From positions 867,141-931,140 of the forward strand of contig CP065002.1 in the NCBI GenBank assembly GCA_016700095.1: DNA of 64,000 nt. Direction: 5' to 3'. The position numbers were made by a program, and so were the translations under genes. The notes under the pieces are model-generated. The model saw only the letters and a list, made by a program, of their open reading frames with translations, was not told the DNA's origin and did no database searches. The stretch is from Candidatus Woesebacteria bacterium (lineage in GTDB: Bacteria; Patescibacteriota; Microgenomatia; UBA8517). Positions 20,736-30,994 of the stretch are shown here, one piece after another. Positions within the stretch are counted from its first letter, which is position 1, and each line of letters starts with the position of its first letter.

Positions 20736-21050
20736 TTATCGCGTTTTTTCGTGTTCGAGATATTGGTTGCATGGTAAATTTACTTTCGTATTCGCAATTT
20801 CCTCGGTAATTGGAAAACCACCTCTTTTATACCCTATTTCTTGATATGCGAGTGACAAATGTGGAAATGGTAGTTGATCGCAAGTTATTACCGCATGTCC
20901 ACCTCTTGGAACGTCCTTGAAGATTTTATGCATATAAAATTCCCGTTTGAATTTAAATCTAGAATTTTTTCCACTTTCGATTATTGTTAAATTGCCACGT
21001 TCATCTAATATGGTTTGGAGTTTAGTGAATTTGCACTTTTTTATGTCCAT
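20736..21050 (-). CDS. FdtA/WxcM-like cupin (sugar 3,4-ketoisomerase family), apparently truncated or degenerate after about 75 aa. Possible pseudogene remnant.
   Basis: [11 protein letters not shown]...[10 protein letters not shown]...PRGGHA matches the FdtA/QdtA N-terminal half. The conserved HxxKxxxQ...GLYIGP..W C-terminal half is absent; only 104 aa are present versus about 135 expected. Confidence 0.4.
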   Translation of the reverse strand: MDIKKCKFTKLQTILDERGNLTIIESGKNSRFKFKREFYMHKIFKDVPRGGHAVITCDQLPFPHLSLAYQEIGYKRGGFPITEEIANTKVNLPCNQYLEHEKTR

Positions 21051-21106
21051 GGATTCTCAATACAGTTTTCAGCAAAGTATACAATATAGTTGCTATAATT
21101 ATATAT

Positions 21107-21574
21107 ATGAATAGTGATGTTTTTATCCATCCACTTTCGGATGTGAGGACAACCAACATTGGTTCAAAAACTAAAGTGTGGCAATTTTCAGTTATTCTTG
21201 AAGGGGCAGTTATCGGAAAAAACTGTAATATCAATTGTCAAACCTTCATCGAAAACGACGTCGTTATCGGCGACAATGTCACGGTAAAATGCGGTGTTTA
21301 TATCTGGGATGGAATACGGTTGAAAGACAATGTCTTTATTGGCCCAAATGTCACTTTTACTAACGATAATTTTCCGAGATCGAAACAATACCCGGAAAAA
21401 TATTTACCGATAATCATAGAAAAAGGTGCTTCGGTCGGTGCAAACTCCACTATTCTCGGCAATATTACAATAGGGGCAAACGCAATGATTGGAGCAGGTA
21501 GTGTGGTTACAAAAAACGTACCACAAAATCAACTTTGGATGGGAAGTCCGGCAAGATGTGTTAAAGAAATATGA
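21107..21574 (+). CDS. Left-handed beta-helix (hexapeptide-repeat) sugar N-acetyltransferase, FdtC/WxcM/PglD-like
   Basis: Repeating [LIV]GxN[VC]x[IV] hexapeptides ([50 protein letters not shown]). 155 aa. Confidence 0.7.
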   Translation: MNSDVFIHPLSDVRTTNIGSKTKVWQFSVILEGAVIGKNCNINCQTFIENDVVIGDNVTVKCGVYIWDGIRLKDNVFIGPNVTFTNDNFPRSKQYPEKYLPIIIEKGASVGANSTILGNITIGANAMIGAGSVVTKNVPQNQLWMGSPARCVKEI

Positions 21575-22050
21575 ATATAAATATTGTTTACAACCACCTG
21601 ATTACCCTAAGAGCGAGAATAAGATCGCAGTTCTGGAAATTGTTTCTCAAAAGAATGGGAAAACATGTTGATATTATGGGGAATGTAAAAATCATGAGTC
21701 CGCAAAAAATATCAATAGGAAATAACGTGCTAGTAAATTCGGAAAGTAAATTAGGTGGGCAATGCGGTATCGAGATTGGAAATGATGTGTTGATTGGCTA
21801 CAACGTAAATATCGTTTCGCAAAATCATGCGTATGACGACAGGAACATACCAATTAAAAATCAAGGATTTTACGGACGGAAAATTGTAATTAAAGACGAC
21901 GTATGGATTGGTGCAAACGCCGTAATTCTTCCCGGTGTTACTCTTGGAAAAGGATCCATTGTGGGTGCCAACGCGGTTGTGACAAAAGATGTTGAACCTT
22001 TCACAATAGTGGGCGGAGTACCGGCAAAATTAATAAAACAAAGAATCTAG
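21571..22050 (+). CDS. Hexapeptide-repeat O-acetyltransferase (LacA/NodL/CysE-like)
   Basis: [33 protein letters not shown]...GGVPAKLI is the classic maltose/galactoside acetyltransferase C-terminal signature. ATGA overlap with the preceding acetyltransferase. Confidence 0.8.
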   Translation: MNINIVYNHLITLRARIRSQFWKLFLKRMGKHVDIMGNVKIMSPQKISIGNNVLVNSESKLGGQCGIEIGNDVLIGYNVNIVSQNHAYDDRNIPIKNQGFYGRKIVIKDDVWIGANAVILPGVTLGKGSIVGANAVVTKDVEPFTIVGGVPAKLIKQRI

Positions 22051-23156
22051 TTTTTTAATAAATAGTTCACGATAATTTCCGACGGTTTAATATTAGTTTT
22101 TACAGGTTTTCTTCTTCTTTTTTTATAGTCGGTAAGAAAATCATTTATGATTCCGGTGTCTCCTTTTGACAGTACTACATTTTCGTTTAACCCCTCAATT
22201 TGCTCAGTGTGTTCTCTTAACAACAAACACGGTTTCCCCATTAAGTAAGCTTCAAACTGATTTGTCGCCCCATCGGTTGCGATATATTCAGCTTTTTCCA
22301 TTAATTTAATAAAGGTTGAATAATTAATCAAAGGCATTATTTTTATATTCTTATTTTCCATATCCAGCGATTTAATTATTTTTACTGTGATAGGGTGATT
22401 AAACAGCACACACACAAGTTTCTTTTCTGAATTATCTATCACAGTTTTAATTATCTTTTTCGACCAATTTTTGCGAAATATTACATGTTCTTGTCTGTGT
22501 AATATTAAAATGTAATATTTCTGTTTTGGTATAACATTTTTTTGAATAGTTTGTTTCTTATACCAATTAAACCCTTCAAGTAAAGTATTGAAATGGGTGT
22601 TTATTTTGGGTTTATGGATATTTTTGAGATTATTTGTTGCCCATGTACTCGGAGGAAACAACACATCGGCAAGTCGAATATTGATATTCCTACAAATTTC
22701 TTCGGGAAACGGTTCTTTCAAATTCTTAGACAAATCTCCACTTTCTATGTGAATAATTTTTATGTGTAATATCTTGGCGATAATTGCACCAATTGTAGTT
22801 GTAACTGGATCGCCATATATAATTAAATTGATATTTTTTCTTGCCTGCATTTTTTCTTTATGCAAGATATCAAGACCGAGAATAAAAGCTTTGACCGCCC
22901 ATATTCCAAAACGGAATACTGAAGGCTTAGTGCTTTTGTTTATAAGTAAAGTCGTTTCTAATTGTCCAGTATACTTTTCAACCTCTTTTACGCGAACATT
23001 GTTTTGACCGGACAAAATAATTTTATATTTTTGATTTCTTTTCTTTAGTTCTATCAATATCGGAGCAACACGAATTAATTCAGCGGTAGTGCCAACCATA
23101 AAAACAAAAAGTGTTTTTCTTTTTGTTTGATTATTAACTTGCTTTGTCATTTTCAA
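22047..23156 (-). CDS. UDP-N-acetylglucosamine 2-epimerase family protein (WecB/NeuC-like, Epimerase_2)
   Basis: [50 protein letters not shown] and [24 protein letters not shown] align with WecB VLTVFGTRPEAIKMAPLV, VHGDTTTTLA...VGHVEAGLRT and SPWPEEANR...HFSPTE. Confidence 0.7.
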   Translation of the reverse strand: MKMTKQVNNQTKRKTLFVFMVGTTAELIRVAPILIELKKRNQKYKIILSGQNNVRVKEVEKYTGQLETTLLINKSTKPSVFRFGIWAVKAFILGLDILHKEKMQARKNINLIIYGDPVTTTIGAIIAKILHIKIIHIESGDLSKNLKEPFPEEICRNINIRLADVLFPPSTWATNNLKNIHKPKINTHFNTLLEGFNWYKKQTIQKNVIPKQKYYILILHRQEHVIFRKNWSKKIIKTVIDNSEKKLVCVLFNHPITVKIIKSLDMENKNIKIMPLINYSTFIKLMEKAEYIATDGATNQFEAYLMGKPCLLLREHTEQIEGLNENVVLSKGDTGIINDFLTDYKKRRRKPVKTNIKPSEIIVNYLLKN

Positions 23157-23350
23157 GTAAGTGCAATTTTATATCTTATATATTACTGTTACAATCATTT
23201 CCTAAAAACATAATATGCGATAAATATCTATTTTCATGTCAAGTATAACTAGACTTATAAGTCTTTATAATGAGAGGAGAATTATACGAGTACGCGAAAT
23301 TTTATTAAGAAACCGCATAAATCCCATATTTTTTATCTTTCACTTTAATT

Positions 23351-25321
23351 TTACATTACCAATTCTTGGATTATTGGACTGATGATTACATAGCTTGGAG
23401 TGAAATTATTCTGGCTTTGTAAGTATATATTTCTAAGCAAAGTTCCACCAGGCGGTATTATAAACTGAATATGACTCCCATTTTCTGAATTGTTTTCAAC
23501 TATCGCCTGAGCTTCTTTGGAGTCAAATATTGAACCAAACGTATCATACTCCCAAGATACATGTATTACGTTTTTCAGTATCGTGTTATCAAGTTTAACA
23601 ACTACACTCAAAGGTGCCATAGAATTTATATCATAACTTGAAAAATCGGCTTTTGTACGATTATCTACTTTGTCCCAATTGGGATCTATATTTAAACTCG
23701 TATCCCAGAGCAAACTCTCCCGCAAACGCCAGCTCGTGTTTACAACGGAGTCTGGAGTTACCATGAAAGAATAAATATTCTCAATAGGCAAATTTCTTTC
23801 CGTATAAATTGACTGTATACTCGACAAGTTCTCGGGGTAAATAATTTTATCTATCGAGACATCTAAATTGTAGGCAAACGCTGCCTCCGTAGATAGTTGT
23901 CCTACACGGGAAGCATCTCCAACGCTATATTGTAAATCTTTAAGCGATGCATCGGTAAAAATAATAATCGGTGTGTCTTCAGCTTCCACCTCTTGCCGGA
24001 CAGAATTGAACATACGTCTTGCAGTTACACTGTACTTGTCAACAAATTTATATTGAGTGCTAACTGCGTAATACAAGTGTAAAAATATCAAAATAAAAGC
24101 AATAATAGTTGTTAACGTTGTAACGTGTGATTTATTTTTTGTATCGGATAAGTACAATATGGTTATAAAAAGCGGTGCAACAAACGAAAGTGCCATCATA
24201 TAACGATAGTCACTTGATATGTAAAACTCCGGCTTAACCAGTATTAGACTTAAGGCAGCTCCTGCAAACATAGACAATATAATCAAGATTTGTTTCTTAT
24301 TTATTGAAAAAATAAAATTAAGAACTAAAAATATAAATAGGGCTAATCCAATCAGCGTAGATTCCAACACTACAACGTCTGATATTTTATCGAAAAACAA
24401 TTTCGCAGGCAAAAGATACAATATTATCGCTAATACACTGTACCTTTTAATCCTATTTGACATAAGTGAAAGTAAAATAATGTAAATAATTAGAGGTAGA
24501 AAATATGTCGACAACGACTCTAAATTATATTTTAAAATTGGGTTCGCCAAAAACTTCTGCTGGAGATCCGTCGGTACTATACTATTTGCCAAACTTGATA
24601 ATACCGACGAGACAATCGTGTATTTATCGGCTTTAAATATCGCATTCCCCGTGACTTCATACGTACCGTAATCAATCACATATGAAATCGGGTGAATGAA
24701 AAGCTGCATTAAAAACATGAATAAATAAACAGACGCATTGCGTACACTCTCCTTAACTTTCACCTTGTTAGAATACAATACGATAATTGTTAGTATTGGT
24801 ATTATAATTCCAGTAAACCGATGTGATGCTGACTCCAAGGTGGCAATGAAAAAAAGACAAGATAGTAAAATATCTTTTTTCTCTCGTAGTTTGTAATACC
24901 GAATTAAACTAGCAATTGATAGCAAATAAAAACTAAGTCCCAGCAGTACTCCCGCACCATCTCCGGCAAACATAAATAGCGATTGCTGTCCAGTATATCC
25001 GCTTGCAAATATAATGGTTAATAAATATATTTTATATTTCCCCAACTTTGCTATTTGGTGCAAGAGACAGAAAAGTGCATATACACAAAATGCAAAAAAT
25101 AACAGAGCAATAAGATGGTAATAAAATGAATTTTTCCCAAATAGAGAATTGATTATGTACACAATGTACGTATTTATATGATATGGAAAATCTGGGACAA
25201 TTTTTTCTTGTGCGAAATACAAATGAGTATAATCATCATTCCAAAAATACATCATGAGGGTCTGTCCATAAGAAATAATAATCGTACATATAATAAGAAT
25301 GTTGGGAATAAATTTTTTCAT
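23351..25321 (-). CDS. GT-C-like membrane glycosyltransferase, 'YFWxDD' subfamily (656 aa)
   Basis: YGQTLMMYFWNDDYTHLYF follows TM1. About 12 TM helices and a roughly 200-aa soluble C-terminus. Tandem paralog of 25318..27987. Confidence 0.45.
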   Translation of the reverse strand: MKKFIPNILIICTIIISYGQTLMMYFWNDDYTHLYFAQEKIVPDFPYHINTYIVYIINSLFGKNSFYYHLIALLFFAFCVYALFCLLHQIAKLGKYKIYLLTIIFASGYTGQQSLFMFAGDGAGVLLGLSFYLLSIASLIRYYKLREKKDILLSCLFFIATLESASHRFTGIIIPILTIIVLYSNKVKVKESVRNASVYLFMFLMQLFIHPISYVIDYGTYEVTGNAIFKADKYTIVSSVLSSLANSIVPTDLQQKFLANPILKYNLESLSTYFLPLIIYIILLSLMSNRIKRYSVLAIILYLLPAKLFFDKISDVVVLESTLIGLALFIFLVLNFIFSINKKQILIILSMFAGAALSLILVKPEFYISSDYRYMMALSFVAPLFITILYLSDTKNKSHVTTLTTIIAFILIFLHLYYAVSTQYKFVDKYSVTARRMFNSVRQEVEAEDTPIIIFTDASLKDLQYSVGDASRVGQLSTEAAFAYNLDVSIDKIIYPENLSSIQSIYTERNLPIENIYSFMVTPDSVVNTSWRLRESLLWDTSLNIDPNWDKVDNRTKADFSSYDINSMAPLSVVVKLDNTILKNVIHVSWEYDTFGSIFDSKEAQAIVENNSENGSHIQFIIPPGGTLLRNIYLQSQNNFTPSYVIISPIIQELVM

Positions 25322-27987
25322 TGTGAATCACTACTAAGTTCATCAATCATGTCGTTACTAATCAATTCATTGAGTGATAAACTTCTCACGCTTATATTTG
25401 AAATCTCGAAACTAATTGGGATAGAGAATTTGATGTTAAATCTATCAACAGAAGTACCTCCTGCAGGAATAACAATCTTGTACGTATGATATTTGCCATC
25501 TATAACAATCGGAAAACTACTGCTTTGTTTGTCTATATCTCCTTTATCCGTCTTCCAACTGATAGTCGCAAATGAAATTGGTTCAGCTTGTTCGTATAAA
25601 ATATCCCATTCATTTTTATTACTAGCAAGTGAAAGGGGATCGTCGTAATACGTATGCGCTTGAGCAAACGAAATTGAATTAAATCGATCTTCCACCACTT
25701 CAAACTCCAATAGAGATGGTGAATCGTCTGTTTGAGTTTTGCTGATGACCATTCGTACATATCGAGCATCAGTTGCGGCAAACTTTTCCACAATCTGTTC
25801 TACATTTTTTCTCTCAGGTCCATTTACAACTGATTTTCGAACTGACCAGTTTTTCCGGTCAACTGAAGTTTCTATGCTGTAAGTCACCGGTGCAAGCGAC
25901 GTTTTCCAATTCGTCCATATTACACTTCCAATTTTTTTAACTTTACCCAAATCAACAATCAATTCTTCGTGTCCTTTTTCATTCCAATAAATTCTGTGTC
26001 CTTGCCATGTAGTTGTAATATTTTTATCTACAGCATACCCAACTTCCCTAAATCTCCAATCAGACAGACTATTGCTTACTACTTCCGCATAATAATCGTT
26101 TCTAGCCTTGAGATACTCAAGTATCAAAAGCTTCTCTTTTAGGGAATATTTAATTGGTTTATAATTCGTTGGAGGTATTCCTTTGGCAGCAGAAATAGTA
26201 AGTTTTAACTCAACAGGTACCAACGGGATTGCCACCACATCACTTAATGATGTAAATACGGTGTTTTCCGACCCGTTATTGAGAAGTTCTCGCATTTTGT
26301 AAGTATTGTCTACTAGTCCATTTTTCCCGTAATAGTATGAATACAAATAGTCAATTTCCATGTCCCCATTTGCAATATATAAAACCGTTTCATTGAAGTC
26401 TGTTAAATGTCGCACGTCATATCTGTCAACATCATAATACATGGCAAGGGCAGTCGATTCCGGCATAGAACCTACCGAAAAAAAATCATAGAAGCGTTGA
26501 GGGTAAGGCGGTTCTAGAGACACGTCAAAATAAAATCCAGATCCTTTTTCAATATCAGGCACATATGTTAATAATTTAGTATAAAATTCTCTTGTAGTTT
26601 TACTGCGTGTTTCAACTAAATTAGCTTGATAAGTAAATCCGAAATAAAGGTGCATGGAAAGTATTCCTATTAAAAGACCCTTGCCTAAAAACGACTGTTT
26701 ACTTTTTTTGTTTTCCCCAAGCTTAATAATAGAAACAAATATTATTGCAAACCCAATCACTACATAACTAAAGTAGCGATGTGTTGTTCCCCATATAGCA
26801 CTTGGATACTGAACATAGTAACCAAATACTTGTGTCACAATTACAATAAAGGCAAAGAAAGCTACCTTGGACAGCTTTTTATTCTTGTGTATATTTTGAA
26901 TACAAATTGTAAAACTAAAGACAATAAACTCAATCCCTAGAGCTCCAGAAAATATATCTGCAATTTGCCGATACCAAAGGTAGTCTAATGAATAAAGAAA
27001 TAAGTTTAATATCATTCCCAAAAAAAGAATTCCAATCCCAATAATTTTCTTCTTTGTTGCCTCATGACACATCGCCAGTAGATAAAAAACGGAAAACAAA
27101 CCAAACGCAAAACCAGAAACTACAAAGGCTTGGTCTGAAACTATACGGGGTAAAACGAAGGTTAACAGTTTTTCTTGGAGTGGATATGCAAAAACAGAAT
27201 TACCAATATTTGCAAATAATGGCGCCAAAATTTCTACATTTCCTGCAACTAATTCATTGACTAAACTTACTAAACCCGGCCCACCGAATCCTTCATTGGT
27301 TAGATAACGAAAGTAGAATATAAACAAAAATGGAATCTGTCGAATACCATATTTTAAAAGTGATGTGACCTTTGAAATATTTACTAGAAACAGTGCATCT
27401 AAAACCACAATCGGGACAATAAGCGAGTGAGAACGAATAAATACAAACTCTGTTGCTGCCCAATAAAAAAAGACAGCGAGAAAATAATGAACTTTCTTTT
27501 TCTTTTTTGTAAACTTAACAATCTGTTCAAAAGTTAAGAACGCCAAAATAAGTCCAAAGTTAGTTTGCCATGAATTAATAACTCGAAACATAATGTCACT
27601 ACCTATATAACCTGCTGCAAATATAAGTGTCGAATAGTACGCATATTTTATTTCACCATACAATTCTCGGACAAATCGATGAAAGAAATAGGTTGCGATA
27701 ATATATGTGATAAAACCTATAAAAAAATATCCGAACGGGTCTTTGCCGAAAAGTGGAAAAAACGGAACAAACGGTGTAACTAAATATTTATATGCACCAT
27801 GGCCAATAATACCTTCTCCGAAACTCCCCGCGGCTCCTTCCGGGTTTTGAAGTTTAAAAATAAGAGCTGAATCGTCTTGCCAAAAGTACATTTGTAAAGT
27901 CTGTCCGTATGCAATCAGTACGACAATAATTACAAGAAAGATAAACGATAATTTACCCAAGCGAATGTTTTTAATTCTTTTTTTCAT
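25318..27987 (-). CDS. GT-C-like membrane glycosyltransferase, 'YFWxDD' subfamily (889 aa), with a C-terminal discoidin (F5/8 type C)-like carbohydrate-binding domain
   Basis: YGQTLQMYFWQDDSALIF follows TM1, with about 13 TM helices. In the C-terminal region (about nt 25700..26100) the segment WQGHRIYWNEKGHEELIVDLGKVKKIGSVIW...YSIETSVDRKNWS...ARYVRMVI...LLEFEV matches the discoidin-domain pattern. Confidence 0.5.
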   Translation of the reverse strand: MKKRIKNIRLGKLSFIFLVIIVVLIAYGQTLQMYFWQDDSALIFKLQNPEGAAGSFGEGIIGHGAYKYLVTPFVPFFPLFGKDPFGYFFIGFITYIIATYFFHRFVRELYGEIKYAYYSTLIFAAGYIGSDIMFRVINSWQTNFGLILAFLTFEQIVKFTKKKKKVHYFLAVFFYWAATEFVFIRSHSLIVPIVVLDALFLVNISKVTSLLKYGIRQIPFLFIFYFRYLTNEGFGGPGLVSLVNELVAGNVEILAPLFANIGNSVFAYPLQEKLLTFVLPRIVSDQAFVVSGFAFGLFSVFYLLAMCHEATKKKIIGIGILFLGMILNLFLYSLDYLWYRQIADIFSGALGIEFIVFSFTICIQNIHKNKKLSKVAFFAFIVIVTQVFGYYVQYPSAIWGTTHRYFSYVVIGFAIIFVSIIKLGENKKSKQSFLGKGLLIGILSMHLYFGFTYQANLVETRSKTTREFYTKLLTYVPDIEKGSGFYFDVSLEPPYPQRFYDFFSVGSMPESTALAMYYDVDRYDVRHLTDFNETVLYIANGDMEIDYLYSYYYGKNGLVDNTYKMRELLNNGSENTVFTSLSDVVAIPLVPVELKLTISAAKGIPPTNYKPIKYSLKEKLLILEYLKARNDYYAEVVSNSLSDWRFREVGYAVDKNITTTWQGHRIYWNEKGHEELIVDLGKVKKIGSVIWTNWKTSLAPVTYSIETSVDRKNWSVRKSVVNGPERKNVEQIVEKFAATDARYVRMVISKTQTDDSPSLLEFEVVEDRFNSISFAQAHTYYDDPLSLASNKNEWDILYEQAEPISFATISWKTDKGDIDKQSSSFPIVIDGKYHTYKIVIPAGGTSVDRFNIKFSIPISFEISNISVRSLSLNELISNDMIDELSSDSQ

Positions 27988-28043
27988 AAATTATTCGACG
28001 TTTTATTCGTGGACTTATATTCTCATTTTTCACTATTTATACA

Positions 28044-28808
28044 TTATTTAAAAATATTACTTTTATATATGTTTAGGTTATTTAATATGTAAAGCAGTAA
28101 AACCGCAAGTGAATTAATTCCAAATTTCAAACCGGGTAGCAATTTAATAGAAGAAGACTCTTCGTAAAATCTAACAGGAATTGGTATTTCTCCAATTCTT
28201 ATTCCCTTGGCTATAGCAGAAACCGTGAATTGCTGATCAAAAATAAAATCATTTGAAAATCGCTGAAACGGTACAGTTTCGAGAGTGGTTGCGGAGTAAG
28301 CCCGCATACCCGACATGTGTTCACTAAAATTTACACCCAGTACTGGATTGGCAAATAATGTATACATCCGATTAAACAAGTATTTATGAAGGGGCATTCC
28401 GCCATCTAGCGCTTCTTTGCGAGTTCGTATTCTACTCCCAAATGTGTAACCGTATCGCCCTTGTAAAATTGGCCGAATAAGTTCTTCTATCAAAGTTGCG
28501 TCATACTGATAATCGGGATGAATCATTACAACCACTTGAGGTTTGTACTGAAGCGCTTCCCAGTAACACGTTTTCTGATTACCACCGTAACCAAGATTTT
28601 TCGGATGTTTATAAACTTCAATCCCCAATTTTTGAGCGGTTTTGACAGTTTTATCCTTACTGCCATCATCAACCAATATTATCTTTTTGACAATTTTTTT
28701 GTTTATGTCAGCGAAAGTTTTTTTGAGCGTTTTTTCAGCATTAAATGCTGGCATAACGACTATAACTTTTGGCTTTCCCAACTTTCTTGCGCGTCTTTCT
28801 CTATTCAT
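28044..28808 (-). CDS. GT2, DPM1/GtrB-like polyprenol-phosphate sugar synthase (soluble form)
   Basis: VIVVMPAFNAEKTL...IILVDDGSKDKT...HPDYQYD; 254 aa with no TM. Confidence 0.7.
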   Translation of the reverse strand: MNRERRARKLGKPKVIVVMPAFNAEKTLKKTFADINKKIVKKIILVDDGSKDKTVKTAQKLGIEVYKHPKNLGYGGNQKTCYWEALQYKPQVVVMIHPDYQYDATLIEELIRPILQGRYGYTFGSRIRTRKEALDGGMPLHKYLFNRMYTLFANPVLGVNFSEHMSGMRAYSATTLETVPFQRFSNDFIFDQQFTVSAIAKGIRIGEIPIPVRFYEESSSIKLLPGLKFGINSLAVLLLYILNNLNIYKSNIFK

Positions 28809-28918
28809 ATTCTTAATACATCGATGTATATGGATTGCCTAACGTGGTAACACTGGGTACTGCTTTATATTTATTATAACTAACTCCATTCATTAACATA
28901 GAAGTTAAATGCCCACTT

Positions 28919-30994
28919 TTACAAATTCCCGTGACTATTTGGAAATACGATATCAGTATCTAATTTAATTGGATTTGGGGTCCATCCTCCAAAATCTTCG
29001 GATACATCCGCCTCAAACACTTCCAGTTTATCAAAATATACATCCGACTGTGATTCTTGGTATACACCAATACTCACAACAGCATAACTCGAATTTTTAG
29101 GTATAGCGTGTGCAAATTGTTGTTTGGTAAACTCACTACTTGTTATCCGCGGTGATATTCGAACCGCGGTTCTATTTTTACGTTCGGTCGCATCACTTGC
29201 ATTTTTAAAGTATTCAACAAAGACGAAACCATCTCTGGAGTTCAATCCTTCAAGTTTCGACACATGGGTTATCATTAATCCCTTTATATTATCTACACTA
29301 AAATAATTTGAGCTCCAGCTTCGAAAGTTAACTTTTTCATTTTTGTTAAAGGTAAACTCCAATAACAGATTTTTTACTCTCACATCCCTATCGGGAATTT
29401 TTACTACTACAAAATCAGACTCGGGTGCTAATGCAGGATTTGTAATCGAAAAAATCGAATAATCGGAATATTCTCGAATTACAAGTGCTGGATACGCCTC
29501 TTCAAGTAATTCTACCGGTTTGTTCCAGTATTTAAGAGAATTCATTGTCCCTTGGGACATCCACCAATAAAATTCATTTGTCATCCATTCTAGGTTTATC
29601 GCTACGAAGTCTGCATCATTAAATTCCTCCATACTATAATTATGTTTTTGATCAAACGGTAAACGTTCATAATTAACGCTATCAAAATTAACCGAGGAAT
29701 GTGCTGCTATCTTTGAACCCGGAGGTATATTTTCCTCGATCCATTTTTTAGTAATCAAATAGTTCCATTCCTGTCTATACTCATTTCCCACTACAACAGA
29801 TTTTGATATATTTTCAAACAGAGCTAGTCCAATTAGAGGAATAATAATTAATAAACCCACCTTTTTTGGAACTGATTTTGATATTTGTACTACAAATGCT
29901 GATGCAAAGATCATTAATAATGGAGTTACCGTAATAAAGTTTCTCGTGTAAAACCCTCCTCCAGTAAGAAATGTTATGACAATCAAAAAAGGTACAATCA
30001 CAGATAGCAGCATAAGCTTCTCTTTAAATCTGGTAAAAATACTTATTATTCCCAAAATTACGAGCACGCTTGTAACCCTACCCAAACCATAGTGGTACAA
30101 ATATGAATAAGGGAAAAAATCGAATTCATTTTTACCTGTTTTATATTTCAAAGATACATCTACTATCTGTTCTCTAAATTGCTCAAAGTGAATAAAGTGA
30201 TAAGGATTTATTATTAAAGTAATAACCATTATCGACAATCCTGCAATAAATATTTTTTTGTCAAACAAACAACCTATTAAAGCGCTTTTGTTTTTAAAAT
30301 GAAAATAAAAATGAGCTAAAAGTAAAGGTGGTATGGCGTAAACATGAAACTTTGTGGAAAAAGAAAGTCCAGCTCCAATTCCCGCTAAAAGATAACTCTT
30401 AATACTTGGTTTATCAATAATTCGATAGGTTAGTAATAGTGAAAGTAATAAAAAAAATGCATTATAAATATCTGGTAAAGCGAGGTGGCTGTTTAGAACT
30501 TGTCTGTAATTTACAGCTACAAACACAGATGATAACAATGCAACTTCTTTTGCAAACATTTTTTTTGCAAGTAAATAAGTTAACAAGACATTTCCAACAC
30601 CAACTGATGCCGCAATAATTCTACCCCAAGTAAGAACATGTATTTCTCTAATCCCTAATATACTGAGTTGTAAGATTTTATTAGATTCTTCGGTTGTTAG
30701 TGGAAAGTTATACAATCCGTCGACGAACATGCCAATGTTTGATATGTAAAACTTCCCCCAAGAAAATGGTATAAATATTAATTTAAAAAATAGAGCGTTT
30801 AGTATCGGTATTAAACCCGGATATGCATAGTGAAGGGAATAGCCGTTTGCATCTAGCGTACCATCAATCAATATATAAATCCCTTGAGAATAACTCATTC
30901 CTTCGTCAGCATGATATGGTGGATAACCGGGATAAATACCAGTAAATCGCAAATAAGCTGCAGCAAAAAGAATTGCTAGTAATATTTTTTTCAT
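28919..30994 (-). CDS. GT-C glycosyltransferase, ArnT/PMT (GT39/PMT_2)-like (691 aa), with a roughly 300-aa extracytoplasmic C-terminal domain
   Basis: LRFTGIYPGYPPYHADEGMSYSQ (DE motif after TM1), with about 11 TM helices. Confidence 0.65.
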   Translation of the reverse strand: MKKILLAILFAAAYLRFTGIYPGYPPYHADEGMSYSQGIYILIDGTLDANGYSLHYAYPGLIPILNALFFKLIFIPFSWGKFYISNIGMFVDGLYNFPLTTEESNKILQLSILGIREIHVLTWGRIIAASVGVGNVLLTYLLAKKMFAKEVALLSSVFVAVNYRQVLNSHLALPDIYNAFFLLLSLLLTYRIIDKPSIKSYLLAGIGAGLSFSTKFHVYAIPPLLLAHFYFHFKNKSALIGCLFDKKIFIAGLSIMVITLIINPYHFIHFEQFREQIVDVSLKYKTGKNEFDFFPYSYLYHYGLGRVTSVLVILGIISIFTRFKEKLMLLSVIVPFLIVITFLTGGGFYTRNFITVTPLLMIFASAFVVQISKSVPKKVGLLIIIPLIGLALFENISKSVVVGNEYRQEWNYLITKKWIEENIPPGSKIAAHSSVNFDSVNYERLPFDQKHNYSMEEFNDADFVAINLEWMTNEFYWWMSQGTMNSLKYWNKPVELLEEAYPALVIREYSDYSIFSITNPALAPESDFVVVKIPDRDVRVKNLLLEFTFNKNEKVNFRSWSSNYFSVDNIKGLMITHVSKLEGLNSRDGFVFVEYFKNASDATERKNRTAVRISPRITSSEFTKQQFAHAIPKNSSYAVVSIGVYQESQSDVYFDKLEVFEADVSEDFGGWTPNPIKLDTDIVFPNSHGNL

